Below, piece after piece: positions 30,649 to 42,916 of a stretch of 64,000 nt of DNA (the stretch's first letter is position 1; each line of letters begins with the position of its first letter). The notes below the pieces were generated by a model, which ran no database searches, was not told the DNA's origin, and saw nothing but the letters and a program-made list of their open reading frames with translations. The translations under genes were made by a program, and so were the position numbers. The DNA is from Candidatus Latescibacterota bacterium. GTDB lineage: Bacteria; Latescibacterota; UBA2968; SICM01. Where the stretch lies: NCBI GenBank assembly GCA_965217865.1, contig CBDCJO010000002.1:2912001-2976000 (forward strand), given 5' to 3'.

Positions 30649-33600
30649 ATGAGTCGGAAATACTGTCTGATTCCGATGCTTGTCGCGGCCCTTGGCCTGG
30701 CGACTCTTAGCTCATCATCGATCGCCCAGGAGAAACCGTCGGTTATCTCAGGCTTTGTTGGTAACACGAGTCAGCTCAATTTTAACGCGAATGAGCAAAG
30801 CCTTAGCGGTACTTTTACGGTCATTGATCCGTCGGGTGCGACAAGATCGGTTGTGGTTCAGGATGGTACGTTGTTCCTCCGGCTATCCCTTGATACTTTT
30901 CTGTTCGAGCCCGTTCCCCTCAACGAGGTGATCTCAGAATTGGGACAGGTTGGAGCCGAAGTCGACGTTCTCTTTAACCCGAATAGTCCCAGGGATGCGG
31001 CGGGGAATTTCGTTGCGACGGAGGTGGACATCTTTCCACCGGCACCCGATCCAGGGGAGGGCCCACCTCCGGTTGAATTCGTGCATGGTGATGTTTTGCA
31101 GGATCAAGTTGCGTTCAGCAACGGCGTTCTTACCGGGAGCTTTACCGTACAGGTCAGGGACGACTCAGGGGAGGTTCTTCAAGATCCGTCGGGAAATCCT
31201 GTGGTCGAAGCAATTGTGGTCGGCTCGGATACGAAGTTTCTGCTCCTGATTCCGGGCTCACCTGAGCCTTCCCCGGTGGGAGGTCAAGAGGTGCCATCGG
31301 TCCTGGAGCCCCAGGTGAGTGTCGATGTGTCTGGTCAGAGAGATCCGAATACCCAGGTGCTAGTGGCGGATGAGGTGTTTATCCTTCCGGGTCTTGCGGA
31401 TGGTCCAGGTGGTGGGCCTATTTTTGCGGGTGATTTGCTGGTGATGGGCATTGTCGTGGGTCTTGGGCAGGGGACTTTCACGGTTCGGGATATTGAGGGG
31501 AAAGACACGGTTGTGAATGTCGGACCATCGGTTGTGTATCAGCGGGTTGATTTCGATCCTAACGATCCAGAGGCCCCGCCTACATTGTCGTCTGCGAGTA
31601 TTCAGGATGTGGTTCAGAATGTCGGGGTTGATGTTTTTGAGCAGGGTGGGAATGTCACAGGCGTATTGATCCTTCCGGGTCCAGCCGATAGCCCAGGTGA
31701 CGGGCATAGTCGTGGATGTTGGACAGGGTAATTTCACGGTTCGGGATATCGATGGGAAAGATACGGTTGTGAATGTGGGACCATCGGTCGTGTATCAGCG
31801 GGTTGATTTCGATCCTAATGATCCAGAGGCCCCGCCGACGTTTTCGCAAGCGAGTATTCAGGATGTGGTTCAGAATGTCGGGGTTGAGGTGTTTGCCGAG
31901 GGGGGAGATGTCACGGAGGTGTGGATTTCTCCGGGTCCTGGGGGCGGGGACGGTCCCCAAGATCCTTCGGGAACCCGATGGGAAAGACACGGTTGTGAAT
32001 GTTGGATCTTCTGTTGTGTATCAGCGGATCGATTTCGATCCATCGGATCCTGAAGCTCCGTCGACATTTTCGCCTGCGAGTTTTCAGGATGTGGTTCAGA
32101 ATGTCGGGGTTGATGTTTTTGAGCAGGGGGGGAATGTCACGGGTGTATTGATCCTACCGGGTCCTGCGGATGGGGGTGGACCACAGGGTGATCCGGTTGT
32201 GCAAGGCTTGGTGGTCGGGGATGTACAGATCGACTTTAGCCAGAGTCCTCTGAGCGGGACTTTTATGGTGGAGGCCAGGGATGAGCTTGGGAACGTTATC
32301 AATGATGCGTCAGGGAACCCTGTTATCGAGACCATCGTGGTAGGGGCTGCGACAGAGTTTCTGGACCCCACGGATCTGGACCCTACGGACCCCGATCAGC
32401 CTCCCGGTCCAGCGGATCCAATTGATTTGACGCAGCCTAATATCGAGGTTGGGGTATTTGGGCAGAGGGATCCGAATACGCAGCAGATCGTTGCGGATCA
32501 GGTGTTCATCCAACCGGGTCCTGGTGACGGGGGCGAACCACCGGGTCCACCGCTTGTGGAAGGTGTGGTGGTCGGGGATGTACAGATCGACTTTAGCCAG
32601 AGTCAGCTCAACGGGATCTTTATGGTGGAGGCCAGGGATGAATTCGGGAACGTTATCAATGATGCGTCGGGAAATCCGGTGGTTGAAACAGTTGTTGTCG
32701 AGGCCTCAACCGAGTTTCTGGACCCCACGGACCCCAATCAACCTCCCGGTCCAGCGGATCCAAAGGATTTGACGCAGCCCAATATCGGGGTGGGGGTATT
32801 TGGCCAGCGTGATCCGAATACCAATGAGATCATTGCGGATCAGGTATTCATCCAGTCTGTGGATGAGGGTGGACCACCGGGTCCACCGCTTGTGGAAGGT
32901 GTGGTGGTCGGGGATGTACAGATCGACTTTAGCCAGAGTCCTCTGAGCGGGACTTTTATGGTGGAGGCCAGGGATGAATTCGGGAACGTTATCAATGATG
33001 CGTCGGGAAATCCGGTGGTTGAAACAGTTGTTGTCGAGGCCTCAACCGAGTTTCTGGATCCCACGGATCCCAATCAGCCTCCGGTTCCAGCGGATCCAAA
33101 GGATTTGACGCAGCCCAATATCGAGGTTGGGGTATTTGGGCAGAGGGATCCGAGTACACAGCAGATCGTTGCGGAGCAGGTGTTCATCCAGCCGGGTTCT
33201 GCGGATGGAGGCGGACCACCGGGTCCACCGGTTGTGGAAGGAGTGGTGGTCGGGGATGTACAGATCGATTTTAGCCAGAGTCCTCTGAGCGGGACTTTTA
33301 TGGTGGAGGCCAGGGATGAATTCGGGAACGTTATCAATGATGCGTCGGGAAATCCGGTGGTTGAAACAATTGTGGTCGAGGCCTCAACCGAGTTTCTGGA
33401 TCCCACGGATCCCAATCAGCCTCCGGTTCCAGCGGACCCAAAGGATTTGGCGAATCCCAATATAGGGGTCGGAGTATTTGGCCAGCGTAATCCGAACACC
33501 AATGAGATCATTGCGGATCAGGTGTTCATCTTGCCCGTCGATGGTCCATCCCCTAGGGATACAGAGCCGCCGCCCGAGCAGATTGTTGCTATTCCTGCAG

Positions 33601-36600
33601 ATGGTGGGATGATTGATAAAAGCACCCTGCCCAGCCTGGATAATTTGGGGTTGGAAAATCTCTTTGTGGATATTCCCTCCGGGGCTCTGTCGGCTCCGGT
33701 GGATGTGCGGATCGATGTGCCGGATCCCGCGGATTTCCCCCCGGACCAGGCCGCGCTCGCACTGAAGGCTGTCAGGTTCACGATTGAAGGACACCCGGGA
33801 AGGTTCGATTTTGACAAACCGGTGACCATCGGTATTCCCTATCCGGATGGGATTAATGAAGACGCCTTATCGATGGGAGAGTGGAATCCGATTGACAAAG
33901 TGTGGATGCCCCTTTTCCCTGACGAGCTGTTGGAAACCATTATTGTGGACACAAGGCTCAAGGTGGTCAGCTCCCAGGTGACACACTTCTCGATCTATGG
34001 CGTCCTTCCGGTAGCGGCCGACTTCACTGCGAGTCCGGTCTCGGACCGCATTCCGCTGACCGTGAAGTTTACCGACATCTCCACGGGTCCGGTGACGGAT
34101 TGGTCGTGGGATTTTGGGGACCAGACCACCACCCCGGAACAAAGTGAACAAAATCCGACCCACACCTATACGACCGTGGGTAAGTTTTCGGTGACGCTTC
34201 TGGTCACTGCCCCGCCCGGGGGCGCCTCCAAAACGATACCGGACTTGATCGAGGTTTTGATAAACGATCCTCCGGATATGCCGGTCTCCGTTTCCCCCGC
34301 GGACGGGGCGACAGGCGTCTCCCTTAATCCGACCCTTGAATGGAATCCATCGAGCGATCCAGAGGGAGACCCGATTGTCTACGATGTATTTGTAAACAGT
34401 GACCGGTTCGCGAGCTTAGACGTGAACGAGGGGACGACGCTGGTGGTCGGTCCCTTATCCGAGAACACAACTTATATGTGGCATGTGGTCGCGCGGGACG
34501 ACCGGGGAGGCGAGGCAATTGGAACGACTTCCAGCTTCACGACCGTGGGGGACACCCAGGCTCCTGTGGTCATACGGGATCCAACCGTAGAGGAAATAAC
34601 GGAGAACACGGCAACGGTGTTCTGGGCAGTGGACGAGGAGAGCATCCCACACGTGGAATACCGCGAAAGCGGTGAAAACACCTTTACGGTTTCTTCCCCC
34701 GGATCTGCGGGGACGGGTCAGAAGGTTCCGCTGACCGGCCTGACTTCGGGAGCGACGTACGAATTCCGGGTGATCTCGGAGGATGTCTCACCGAACAAGA
34801 ACCAGGTGACTTTCCCGAAAACTTCGGACCCCCCTCTGACATTTCTGACGCTGGCCGAGGTGGATAACACAGATCCGGAATTCACGGTCCCGGTCTCGGC
34901 CATCCACGTGGGAGAGACGTCCGTGGTCGTATTCTGGGAAACGGATGAGCGCAGCACCACTGAGGCTTCCTACCGGCTTGAGACCGAAACGTCATTCACG
35001 CAGGCCCCCGCGGGTGAGGACGGCACCGAGCACCGACTTGAGATCCCGGGTCTGACGTCCGGTTCCACGTATATCATCAGGGTGAGGTCCGAGGATGCCA
35101 GCACGAACGATGCTGTGGGACCGGACCTTGAGGTGACGACCGCCCTGAAGGCCATACTGATTCGGGTGTCGAACGTGTCCGTTGTGGGTCGGGATACAGC
35201 CCAGGCCATCATTGCGTGGAGCACGAACGTGCCGGGCAGCAGCGAGGTGGAATACGGTCTGGAATCGAATCTGCGGGTTTCGTTGAAGCAGACGGGACCC
35301 GACGGCGTGCTCGAGCACCGCGTTACGCTGACCAAACTACAACAGGCGACGAAGTATTTCTATCGCACCATCTCGGGAGGGTCCGGGGCAGACACGAGCG
35401 ATGTGTTCAGCTTCAGGACCCGGAATGCCCCTCCGCCAAAGCCGGTGATTACGGAAGGACCTGTGGTGAAGGGGATTGGACAGGACCGGGCGACGGTGCT
35501 CTGGAGGACGAATGTGGTGGGAAACAGCACGGTGACGTTCTCCACGGACCCAACGCTTCCTGCGTCCACGTCACGTGAAGTGATTGATAAGAGTGAGCCG
35601 CGCTTCCGTCTCGATCACTCGGTGACCCTGACGGGTCTTTCGGAAAACACGAGGTATTATTACACGGTCAAGTCGGAAAACATCGCCAGGGTGGAGACTG
35701 TCAGCCCGGTGGGCGACTTCAGCAGCCTGAAAACAAAGGACATCATAAAGCCGTCGTTCCTGTCGGGACCCGCTGTGACGGTCCGGACGGCCGATGGGTT
35801 TACGGTTGCCTGGAGCACGAACGAACTGGCTACAAGTGAACTGTTGTTCGGCCTCGTGGGGACCGATTTCCAATCGAAGACCGAACCGGGCTTCCGACTC
35901 GATCACAGTGTGAGCGTGAGCGGGTTGACGGAGGAGACGGATTATTCATACAAGGTCCGATCCGAAGACCAGGCAATGAACAAGCAGGAGAGCAGTGACC
36001 TCACCGTAAAGACGCTCCCTGGTCAGCAGTTGGACCTTTCATCTCCGGAACTGGTCGGGTCTCCATCCGAAACCGGGACCTCGGACGACGGTACGACGAT
36101 TGTGTGGGTGACGGACGAGCCATCCAACAGCCTTGTCAATTACGGGACGACGGCGGGTGACCTGTTGGAGTCGGCGGGCGATCCGCTGACCTTCACCACG
36201 GCACACTCGGTCCCCTTGACGGGTCTGACTGCAACGACCTTGTATCATTACCGGATCACCTCGGTGGACGCGGCTGGAAACCCGACCGTATTTCCCGCCC
36301 CGCCGAACACGCAGACGTTCACGACAAAGGACAAACCCGACCTGACGTCCCCCAACATCTCCGCGCTGGAGGTGGTCAAGGGGTCCGTGACCGATGGATC
36401 GGCGACGCTATTCTGGAAGTCGGATGAACCGAGCGATTCGCAGGTTGAGTATGCACCGGTGCCAGTTTCGGATCTGTCGCAGCTCACGGAACGTTTCGAA
36501 TCGTCCAGGCTGACAACGGAGCACAAAGTGACGCTGACCGACCTGAGTCCGTTGACGACCTATGCGTTCCGTGTGGGGGCCCGGGACCAGGCGCGAAACC

Positions 36601-39539
36601 CCAGGACATACAAACCGGACACAGCGCCCTATCCGACTTTCAAAACGCTTGATGTCCCCGACACGAAGTCCCCCTCATTTATCAACGGTACGCCCTTCGT
36701 CAAGGACCCGACGGCCAACACCCTGAAGGTTCTGGTCGATACCGACGAGCCGGCGGACCTGGTGGTGGAATACGGGACGACGGACTACAGCCTCGGCCGG
36801 ATTGAGCAGGGAGACTTTCTAACCTCGCGCATCGTCACCCTGACGGGCCTTAAGCCACAGACACAATACATCGTTCGGGTCAGTTGCCGGGACCGCGCGG
36901 GCAACCCCCCGGCGACGGCGGATGCGACGGAACGTTGCGGACGGTGCATCTGGTTTCCCTGGGTGGGTTGAATTTAAACACGTCCTATCGGTTCCGGGTC
37001 GAGTCGAAGGATGCGGCCGGAAACACGGGTAAATCGGGGGCCCTGCTGACCAAGCCTGTTGCGGGCCTCGCCCTTCAGCCCCCGGGGGGAGAAGGGAGCT
37101 TTGTGACCCCGCCAACCCCGGACACGAGCCCGCCGGTAATCCTGTCGGGGCCGACGCTGGTGGCTTCCACTTACGTCGCTAACGATAGATTGGGAGACGG
37201 ACGAGGCCTCGGACAGCTTCTCGGAATATGGGGTCGGCGAGACCGACAGCCGGATCGAGGACGGGGCGCCGGTTACGAAACACCGGATGGTTTTGACCAA
37301 GCTTTCTTCCGGGACCACCTACCAGTTTGTGGTGGGGTCCACGGATCCGTCGCGCAACGGCCCTGCGCTGAGCAAGCAGGCGGTGGGTTCCACATCGGTG
37401 GAGGTGGACGTGACACCCCCGAAGATCGTGGGCGATGCCGAAGTTTCGTATAAGAGTGACAATCAGGCGGTGATCAATTGGGAGACGGACGAGCCGGGCA
37501 GCAGCGTGGTGGAGTTCGGAACGGAAGGGGCCCTGGATCTGGTGCAGACGATACCGGATCCTGTGAAAGAGCATCGGGTGGTTTTGACGAACCTGTTTGC
37601 GGATTCGACTTACACCTTCCGTGCGGGGACTATTGACGTTTCGAACAACGGGCCGACCTGGTCGGCCACGGACACGTTCCGGACCGATCCGACCCCGGAC
37701 ACGACACCGCCTGAGATCGAGGACGATCCGGAGGTATCCGCGATCACCGACCAGACGGCAATTGTAACGTGGCATACGGACGAAGCTTCGGACAGTGGGG
37801 TGGAGTATGGGACATCTTCTTCCGCCCTGGACTTTAACGCCGGGTCTGCGGAAGCATTGGAAGAGCACCGGGTGGTACTGACGAAGCTGACGGCGTCCAC
37901 TCCCTACTTTTTGAGAGTCAGCTCCGTGGACCGCGTTGGCAACGGTCCGGCCGTCAAACCTTCTGGGGGGGGGACGGTCTCGTTCACGACAGAAGCGGCG
38001 CCGGATACGATCGCCCCCGCTGCCGTTCAGTCCCTGCTGGGCCGGGCGGGAAGCGGGAGTGCTTTGCTTAGCTGGCAGGCCAACACGGAGGCCGATTTGA
38101 CGGGGTATAACCTGTATCGGGCAACGGGAACCGACCCGCTTTCCCTTATCGCCTCAAATCTGGTTGAGGCGACTTTTCGGGACGAGGGCTTGACAGATGA
38201 GGTGGCCTACAGGTATTCGGTGACAGCCCTGGACGGGTCCGGGAATGAAGGTTCATTCTCGGAGGAGGCAACAGTGACGCCCTCGGGCGAGAACATCCCC
38301 ACGGCACCCGTCTTCCAGGAGTCCCGGGGAGAACCTTTGACCCCGATATTTGTGGTGAAGAATGCGACGAGTTCCGGGGGAACACCGCTGACGTACACGT
38401 TCCAGGTGTCCACACAGGAGGGCTTTTCCGATCTGGTGGATTCGGCCACGGAAGTCCCGGATGGGAACGAGTCGGCCGGAGCGGGCTTAACGGCGTGGAC
38501 GGTTACAGTCGAACTGACGGACGGGGCGACCTATTATCTCCGCGTGCGAGCAAACGACGGGGCGTTCGATGGCCCCTTTATGACAGCGCAGGAAATTGAA
38601 GTTGATGCAACTCCGATTGTTCGGCTGGGAGACTTCAACAATGACTTCGTTGTGGGTCTGGATGACTTCTTCCAATTCGCCGTGGAATTCGGGCAAGACG
38701 CGATTGGTGAGAAGGCGGTGTTGGACTTAAGCGGAAACGGCAAGGTCGATTTAGATGACTTCTTCACTTTTGCGGGTCTGTTCGGGACGGAATATGAGAA
38801 TCCCGGCGGTTCCAAACCGGCCGTGGCCTCCTCGATCCGGACCGATCCTTCGGTTCGGGCAACCTTCAAAGCGGTTTCGGGGTTCCCGGCGATGGGGGAA
38901 GAATTCACGGCGAGTATTAATTTAGAAGGCGCCGATGGTCTAAAGGGTTATGGGGTACGAATCGAATTCGATCCAGATCGGCTCCTGCTTATGGGGGTGG
39001 AACAGCTAGAAGGCGAACTGGCCCATGTCATCAGGCTGGGTGCGAATGAGGTAGTTGTCCTGAACTTTGGCGAAGGGATTGTCGGTCGTGTCACAGATCC
39101 TGAAAGAGAAGGCGAGGTGAGACTGGCAAATCTTCGCTTCCGCGTGACAGGACCCTCTCGTGAGGCCCCTGCCCAGGTGTCGGATCTGATCGTTTTAGAC
39201 GGGCAAGACCAGTTGCGCACCCCTGAAGCGCATGGCTTTGCGAGGCTCACACTGGTGCCGGATCAGGTGGTGATGCTGCACAATTACCCGAACCCGTTCA
39301 ATCCTGTCACGACGATCCGGTTCGGGATTCCCGAGGAAGCCCGTACTTCGATTATGGTCTACAACATCCTGGGTCAGCAGGTGGCGGTTCTGGTCGATCA
39401 GATACAGCCTGCTGGCTATTATACGGCCGCGTGGGATGGCCGGGACAGCCAGGGAAGGCGGATGGGGTCCGGGGTCTATCTGTATCGGATAAAGGTCGGC
39501 AAGGTGGCCGTTGTGAAAAAGATGCTTTTGTTGAAATGA
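30649..39539 (+). CDS. Giant secreted modular protein 2 (about 2900 aa if joined): tandem beta-repeats, ZU5-like, PKD, many FN3-like domains, dockerin/EF-hand pair, cohesin-like domain, FlgD-Ig; broken into 5 ORFs
   Basis: Signal peptide MSRKYCLIPMLVAALGLATLSSSSIA; PKD WSWDFGD..NPTHTY; repeated W.TDE.S...EYG...H.V.LT.L; GDFNNDFVVGLDDFFQFA..FG...DLSGNGKVDLDDFFTFA; NYPNPFNP...KKMLLLK. Confidence 0.8.
31440..32165 (+). repeat. Three near-identical intragenic repeats of about 230-260 bp
   Basis: AAAGA(C/T)ACGGTTGTGAATGT recurs at 31501, 31757 and 31983. Confidence 0.85.
32195..33540 (+). repeat. Four near-identical intragenic repeats of about 340-360 bp
   Basis: GTGGTCGGGGATGTACAGATCGA recurs at 32211, 32568, 32904 and 33246 (spacings 357, 336, 342; all in frame). 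Confidence 0.92.
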
Positions 39540-39696
39540 GAAAAAATTCCTCCCCCACCTTCTCCCTGGAATACAGAATACAGAAGTCAAGAGCCAGAAG
39601 AAGATCAAAAACCAAGTCGACTCAGTCCGGGGGGGAAAATAGGTTGCGAAAAGTCAAACATTCTGACTCCTGAATTCTGTTTTTCCTTCCCAACTC

Positions 39697-40554
39697 CTAT
39701 TCCCTCCAGGTCAACCCCGCACGCAGGACTGCTGCGTCCAGGGAAGCTTTAGCCTTCGGAATATGCTCGTCTGAAAGATGCTCGATCAAGACGAAGCCGT
39801 CCGGGCATGCGCTTTCGAATCTCCGGAGGAAAGTCTCCTGATCCAGGCGACCGTCCCCGATGGGGACCTCCCGGATATGGAGGACGAGTCTGTCTTCCAC
39901 TTCGACGTCTTTCGCGTGGGCACTGACGACGTATGGGCCGAGGTTGTCGAAGATCCGGTCGATCAGCGCAGTTGAATCATACACATCCCCAAGGGTTCCG
40001 AAGAAGTTGACCGGATCAGCGTTGAACCCGAGGGCAGGGGAGTCAACCCGCTCGATGACTTCTCTCACCCGTTCGGGCGAATCGAGGGACGAGACGACGT
40101 GCCCTTCGATGCCCAGTCGCACGCTCTCTGCTTCGGCTGCGAGGACGATCTCCTTCAGGCTTTGCACGAGACGATCTATGGTTTCGGGGCTCCTGTTATC
40201 CGGGTGCGGACACCAGGGTCCGTTCGGGCTGAGTCCCCCCGGACGCACAAAGAGGTAAGCGGCATCCAACCGGCGGGCGACACGGCACATCCTTTGAACG
40301 CTTTTTATTCCCCTGTCGCGGAGCACCTTGTTGGGGTCGACCAGACTTTCATATCGTGCGTTCGCCTGAGCCGTCCGGAGGCCGGCGTTGCCCAGGACGG
40401 ATTTCAGGCGATCCAGGACGGGTTCGTCCGCATCGAGTGGGTCATCAAAGAAGCAGCTGACCCCGGTAAAACCCGACTCTCTGATTTTGGCTGCAATCCC
40501 ATCATCCACTGCAGTCCATCCGCCTGGCATCATTCCTACAACCCCAACTCTCAC
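39697..40554 (-). CDS. Sugar phosphate isomerase/epimerase (TIM barrel)
   Basis: LGIEGH, FNADPVN, SAHAKDV, GDGRLD, LIEH; likely GTG start at 40554 after GGAGG. Confidence 0.85.
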   Translation of the reverse strand: MRVGVVGMMPGGWTAVDDGIAAKIRESGFTGVSCFFDDPLDADEPVLDRLKSVLGNAGLRTAQANARYESLVDPNKVLRDRGIKSVQRMCRVARRLDAAYLFVRPGGLSPNGPWCPHPDNRSPETIDRLVQSLKEIVLAAEAESVRLGIEGHVVSSLDSPERVREVIERVDSPALGFNADPVNFFGTLGDVYDSTALIDRIFDNLGPYVVSAHAKDVEVEDRLVLHIREVPIGDGRLDQETFLRRFESACPDGFVLIEHLSDEHIPKAKASLDAAVLRAGLTWRE

Positions 40555-40759
40555 CTCTGCCTCCAGTCTAAAATGTCCTTGTGACTTCCAACCGGGAGTC
40601 CTATATTTAGCCGGCACAAAAAAAGTGAAGCGTATCTCGTGATAGCGTGAAACGTAGGAAATGGCTCTTACGAGATACAATTCAGGAGATACGAATTTTT
40701 AAAAGAGATACGCTTCAAGAGTTTAGCAGTCCGCGAAAAGTTAAGAGGAGAGAGGGGCG

Positions 40760-41701
40760 TTGTCAACTCTATCAGTCGTTGTCGTCAATCACAATACACG
40801 TGACCTGCTTCGAGATTGTCTCGGGTCCGTTGTGGCGGATGGGGCGGGAATCCCGATGCAGATCGTGGTCGTGGACAACGGGTCCTCCGACAATAGCGGG
40901 GCGATGGTACGCGCGGAATTTCCCGCCTCGATTCTGATAGAGAATATCTCGAACCACGGTTTTTCCAAGGCTAATAATCAGGGACTGAAGGCATCGAATT
41001 CGGATTTTGTCCTGTTTCTCAATAGCGACTCTCGACTTCAGAAGGGTGCATTAAAGGCGCTTATTGATTTTATTCAATCAAGCCCTAATGTCGGGATCGT
41101 TGGTCCCCGGGTCTTGAATGGTGACGGCTCGCTCCAGCTTTCCTGCGGAATTTCCCCTACTGTCTGGACTGAAGTGTGTAACAAGCTCCTCCTTCATATC
41201 CCTTTTCCTTTTTTTAAAATGGGTAGCTGGGCACACGACGAAACCCGCGAAGTTGGATGGGTGAGCGGGGCGTGCATGTTCGTAAGGAGGGAAATGCTTG
41301 AACAAATCGGATACCTGGACGAGGGGATGTTCATGTACTATGAAGATCTTGATATTTGCTTCCGAGCAAGGCGTTCGGGGTGGAAGGTTTCTTATGTCCC
41401 AGGAGGACAGGTCATCCACCTGGGCGGCCGGACCTCTCAGGTGAAGTTCGGCCCGATGTTGATCGCCAGCGTCAGAAGCAGTTTCTATTTTTTTCGGAAA
41501 CATTACGGGGAAGGCGCTGTTAGTCTCCTTCGTCTGGTCACCCTCCCGGAGATGGCGCTTCGTTCTTCGATATGGGGGGCACTGGCCATGATTTCTCCTC
41601 GAAGACGAAAAGAGGCCTTTGAACGGCTCCGATCCTACAGGACGATACTCCTACGCACGTTGAGGGACCGAAACTACTGGCGTCCGGCGAGTGAACCGTG
41701 A
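40760..41701 (+). CDS. Glycosyltransferase family 2 (WbbL-like)
   Basis: VVVVNHN, VVDNGSSD, GFSKANNQG, FLNSD, WVSGACM, FMYYEDLD. Confidence 0.9.
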   Translation: MSTLSVVVVNHNTRDLLRDCLGSVVADGAGIPMQIVVVDNGSSDNSGAMVRAEFPASILIENISNHGFSKANNQGLKASNSDFVLFLNSDSRLQKGALKALIDFIQSSPNVGIVGPRVLNGDGSLQLSCGISPTVWTEVCNKLLLHIPFPFFKMGSWAHDETREVGWVSGACMFVRREMLEQIGYLDEGMFMYYEDLDICFRARRSGWKVSYVPGGQVIHLGGRTSQVKFGPMLIASVRSSFYFFRKHYGEGAVSLLRLVTLPEMALRSSIWGALAMISPRRRKEAFERLRSYRTILLRTLRDRNYWRPASEP

Positions 41702-41884
41702 AACGGCAGCCGGTAAAGAAATAAAATAAGGTGTTAGTGATTGAAGTCTGGAGATCTGAATACCGCGCTTTTGGTATGAATATCGAACTGAAGTTCCTTG
41801 AGGGTTATCACGTAGGCTTGATAAGTCCTTTTTTTATTTCCGGCCGCTGACACAGGGTGTATTCCCTCTCGATCTCGATCCTTC

Positions 41885-42913
41885 ATGCCCCAGGGCCTAT
41901 TTTCCCCCTTCACCATCGGTCTCATCACCGCTTCCCTGTTGACTCCCCTTGTCAGCAAGGTCGCCATCGGTCTGGGTAAGGTCAGTCTCCCCAACCTGTC
42001 GGTGGATGGGCACACCCGGGCAACCCCCTACTTGGGCGGGTTTGCGATATTTTGTGCAGCCTTTCCGTTTATCCTGCACCTTCAAAATTCGCTCTGGACC
42101 GCAGGCGTGGTCTTGATGACACTCGTTGGGTTGGTGGATGACCTCGCGGTCCTTTCTCCGATCCGGAAGTTGCTGGGTCAGGTTGCTGCCTCGGGGATTG
42201 TCGTGTGGGGAGGGGTTCGACTCGAGGTGTCGGGCCTCGTTCCTCTCGACATCGGGTTAACGGTGATCTGGATGTTGTGGATCGTGAACGCGTTCAACGT
42301 CACGGATATGATGGACGGTCTGGCGGCCGGAGTCGGCGGGATCGCCAGCCTGGGGTTCGCCCTCGCTCTGGTCTGGGTGGGGTCAAGGGAGTCCTCTGTG
42401 ATTGCGGCGGCGCTCAGCGGTGGACTATTCGGATTTCTCGTCCACAACTTTCATCCCGCACGATCCTTTATGGGCGATACCGGGAGTTTATTCGTGGGGT
42501 GCCTCCTGGGAATCCTTGGGGTGGTCCTGGCGGGAGAACGCTCCGTCATCATTCCCGTGATTTTGCTGGGACTCCCCCTTTTCGAAGCGATATTCCTGGT
42601 CGTGGTTCGATGGCGACAGGGACGCCGATGGTACCTGGCCAGCCGGGATCACACGGCACAGCGGCTGGTTCAATCGGGCTGCTCAATCCGAGAGGCCGTG
42701 CTCATCCTTTACGGTGCCGGTCTCTTGTGCGGTTCGGCCGCCCTTTTTGTGTTTCGCATGCCTATTTCGGGAATCTACGCTACGATGTGTGTGGTGCTTA
42801 TGGTCGCCATGATAGCAGGCTGGAGGTTGAGTAAAGTAAAGATGAAGAACCAAAATGAAGAACCAGAATTGAAAAATGAGTCGGCGGGCTCGCATGGACC
42901 ATTCGGTTTGTAA
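41885..42913 (+). CDS. MraY/WecA-like polyprenyl-phosphate GlcNAc-1-phosphate transferase
   Basis: TPYLGG, GLVDD, NAFNVTDMMDGLA, NFHPARSFMGDTGS, many TM segments. Confidence 0.9.
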   Translation: MPQGLFSPFTIGLITASLLTPLVSKVAIGLGKVSLPNLSVDGHTRATPYLGGFAIFCAAFPFILHLQNSLWTAGVVLMTLVGLVDDLAVLSPIRKLLGQVAASGIVVWGGVRLEVSGLVPLDIGLTVIWMLWIVNAFNVTDMMDGLAAGVGGIASLGFALALVWVGSRESSVIAAALSGGLFGFLVHNFHPARSFMGDTGSLFVGCLLGILGVVLAGERSVIIPVILLGLPLFEAIFLVVVRWRQGRRWYLASRDHTAQRLVQSGCSIREAVLILYGAGLLCGSAALFVFRMPISGIYATMCVVLMVAMIAGWRLSKVKMKNQNEEPELKNESAGSHGPFGL

Positions 42914-42916
42914 CCG

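Noticed and set aside
31440-33540. Long direct repeats as a CRISPR array or DGR template/variable pair
   Set aside because: Units are 230-360 bp coding domains with no short repeat-spacer pattern, and no cas or reverse transcriptase gene is in the window.
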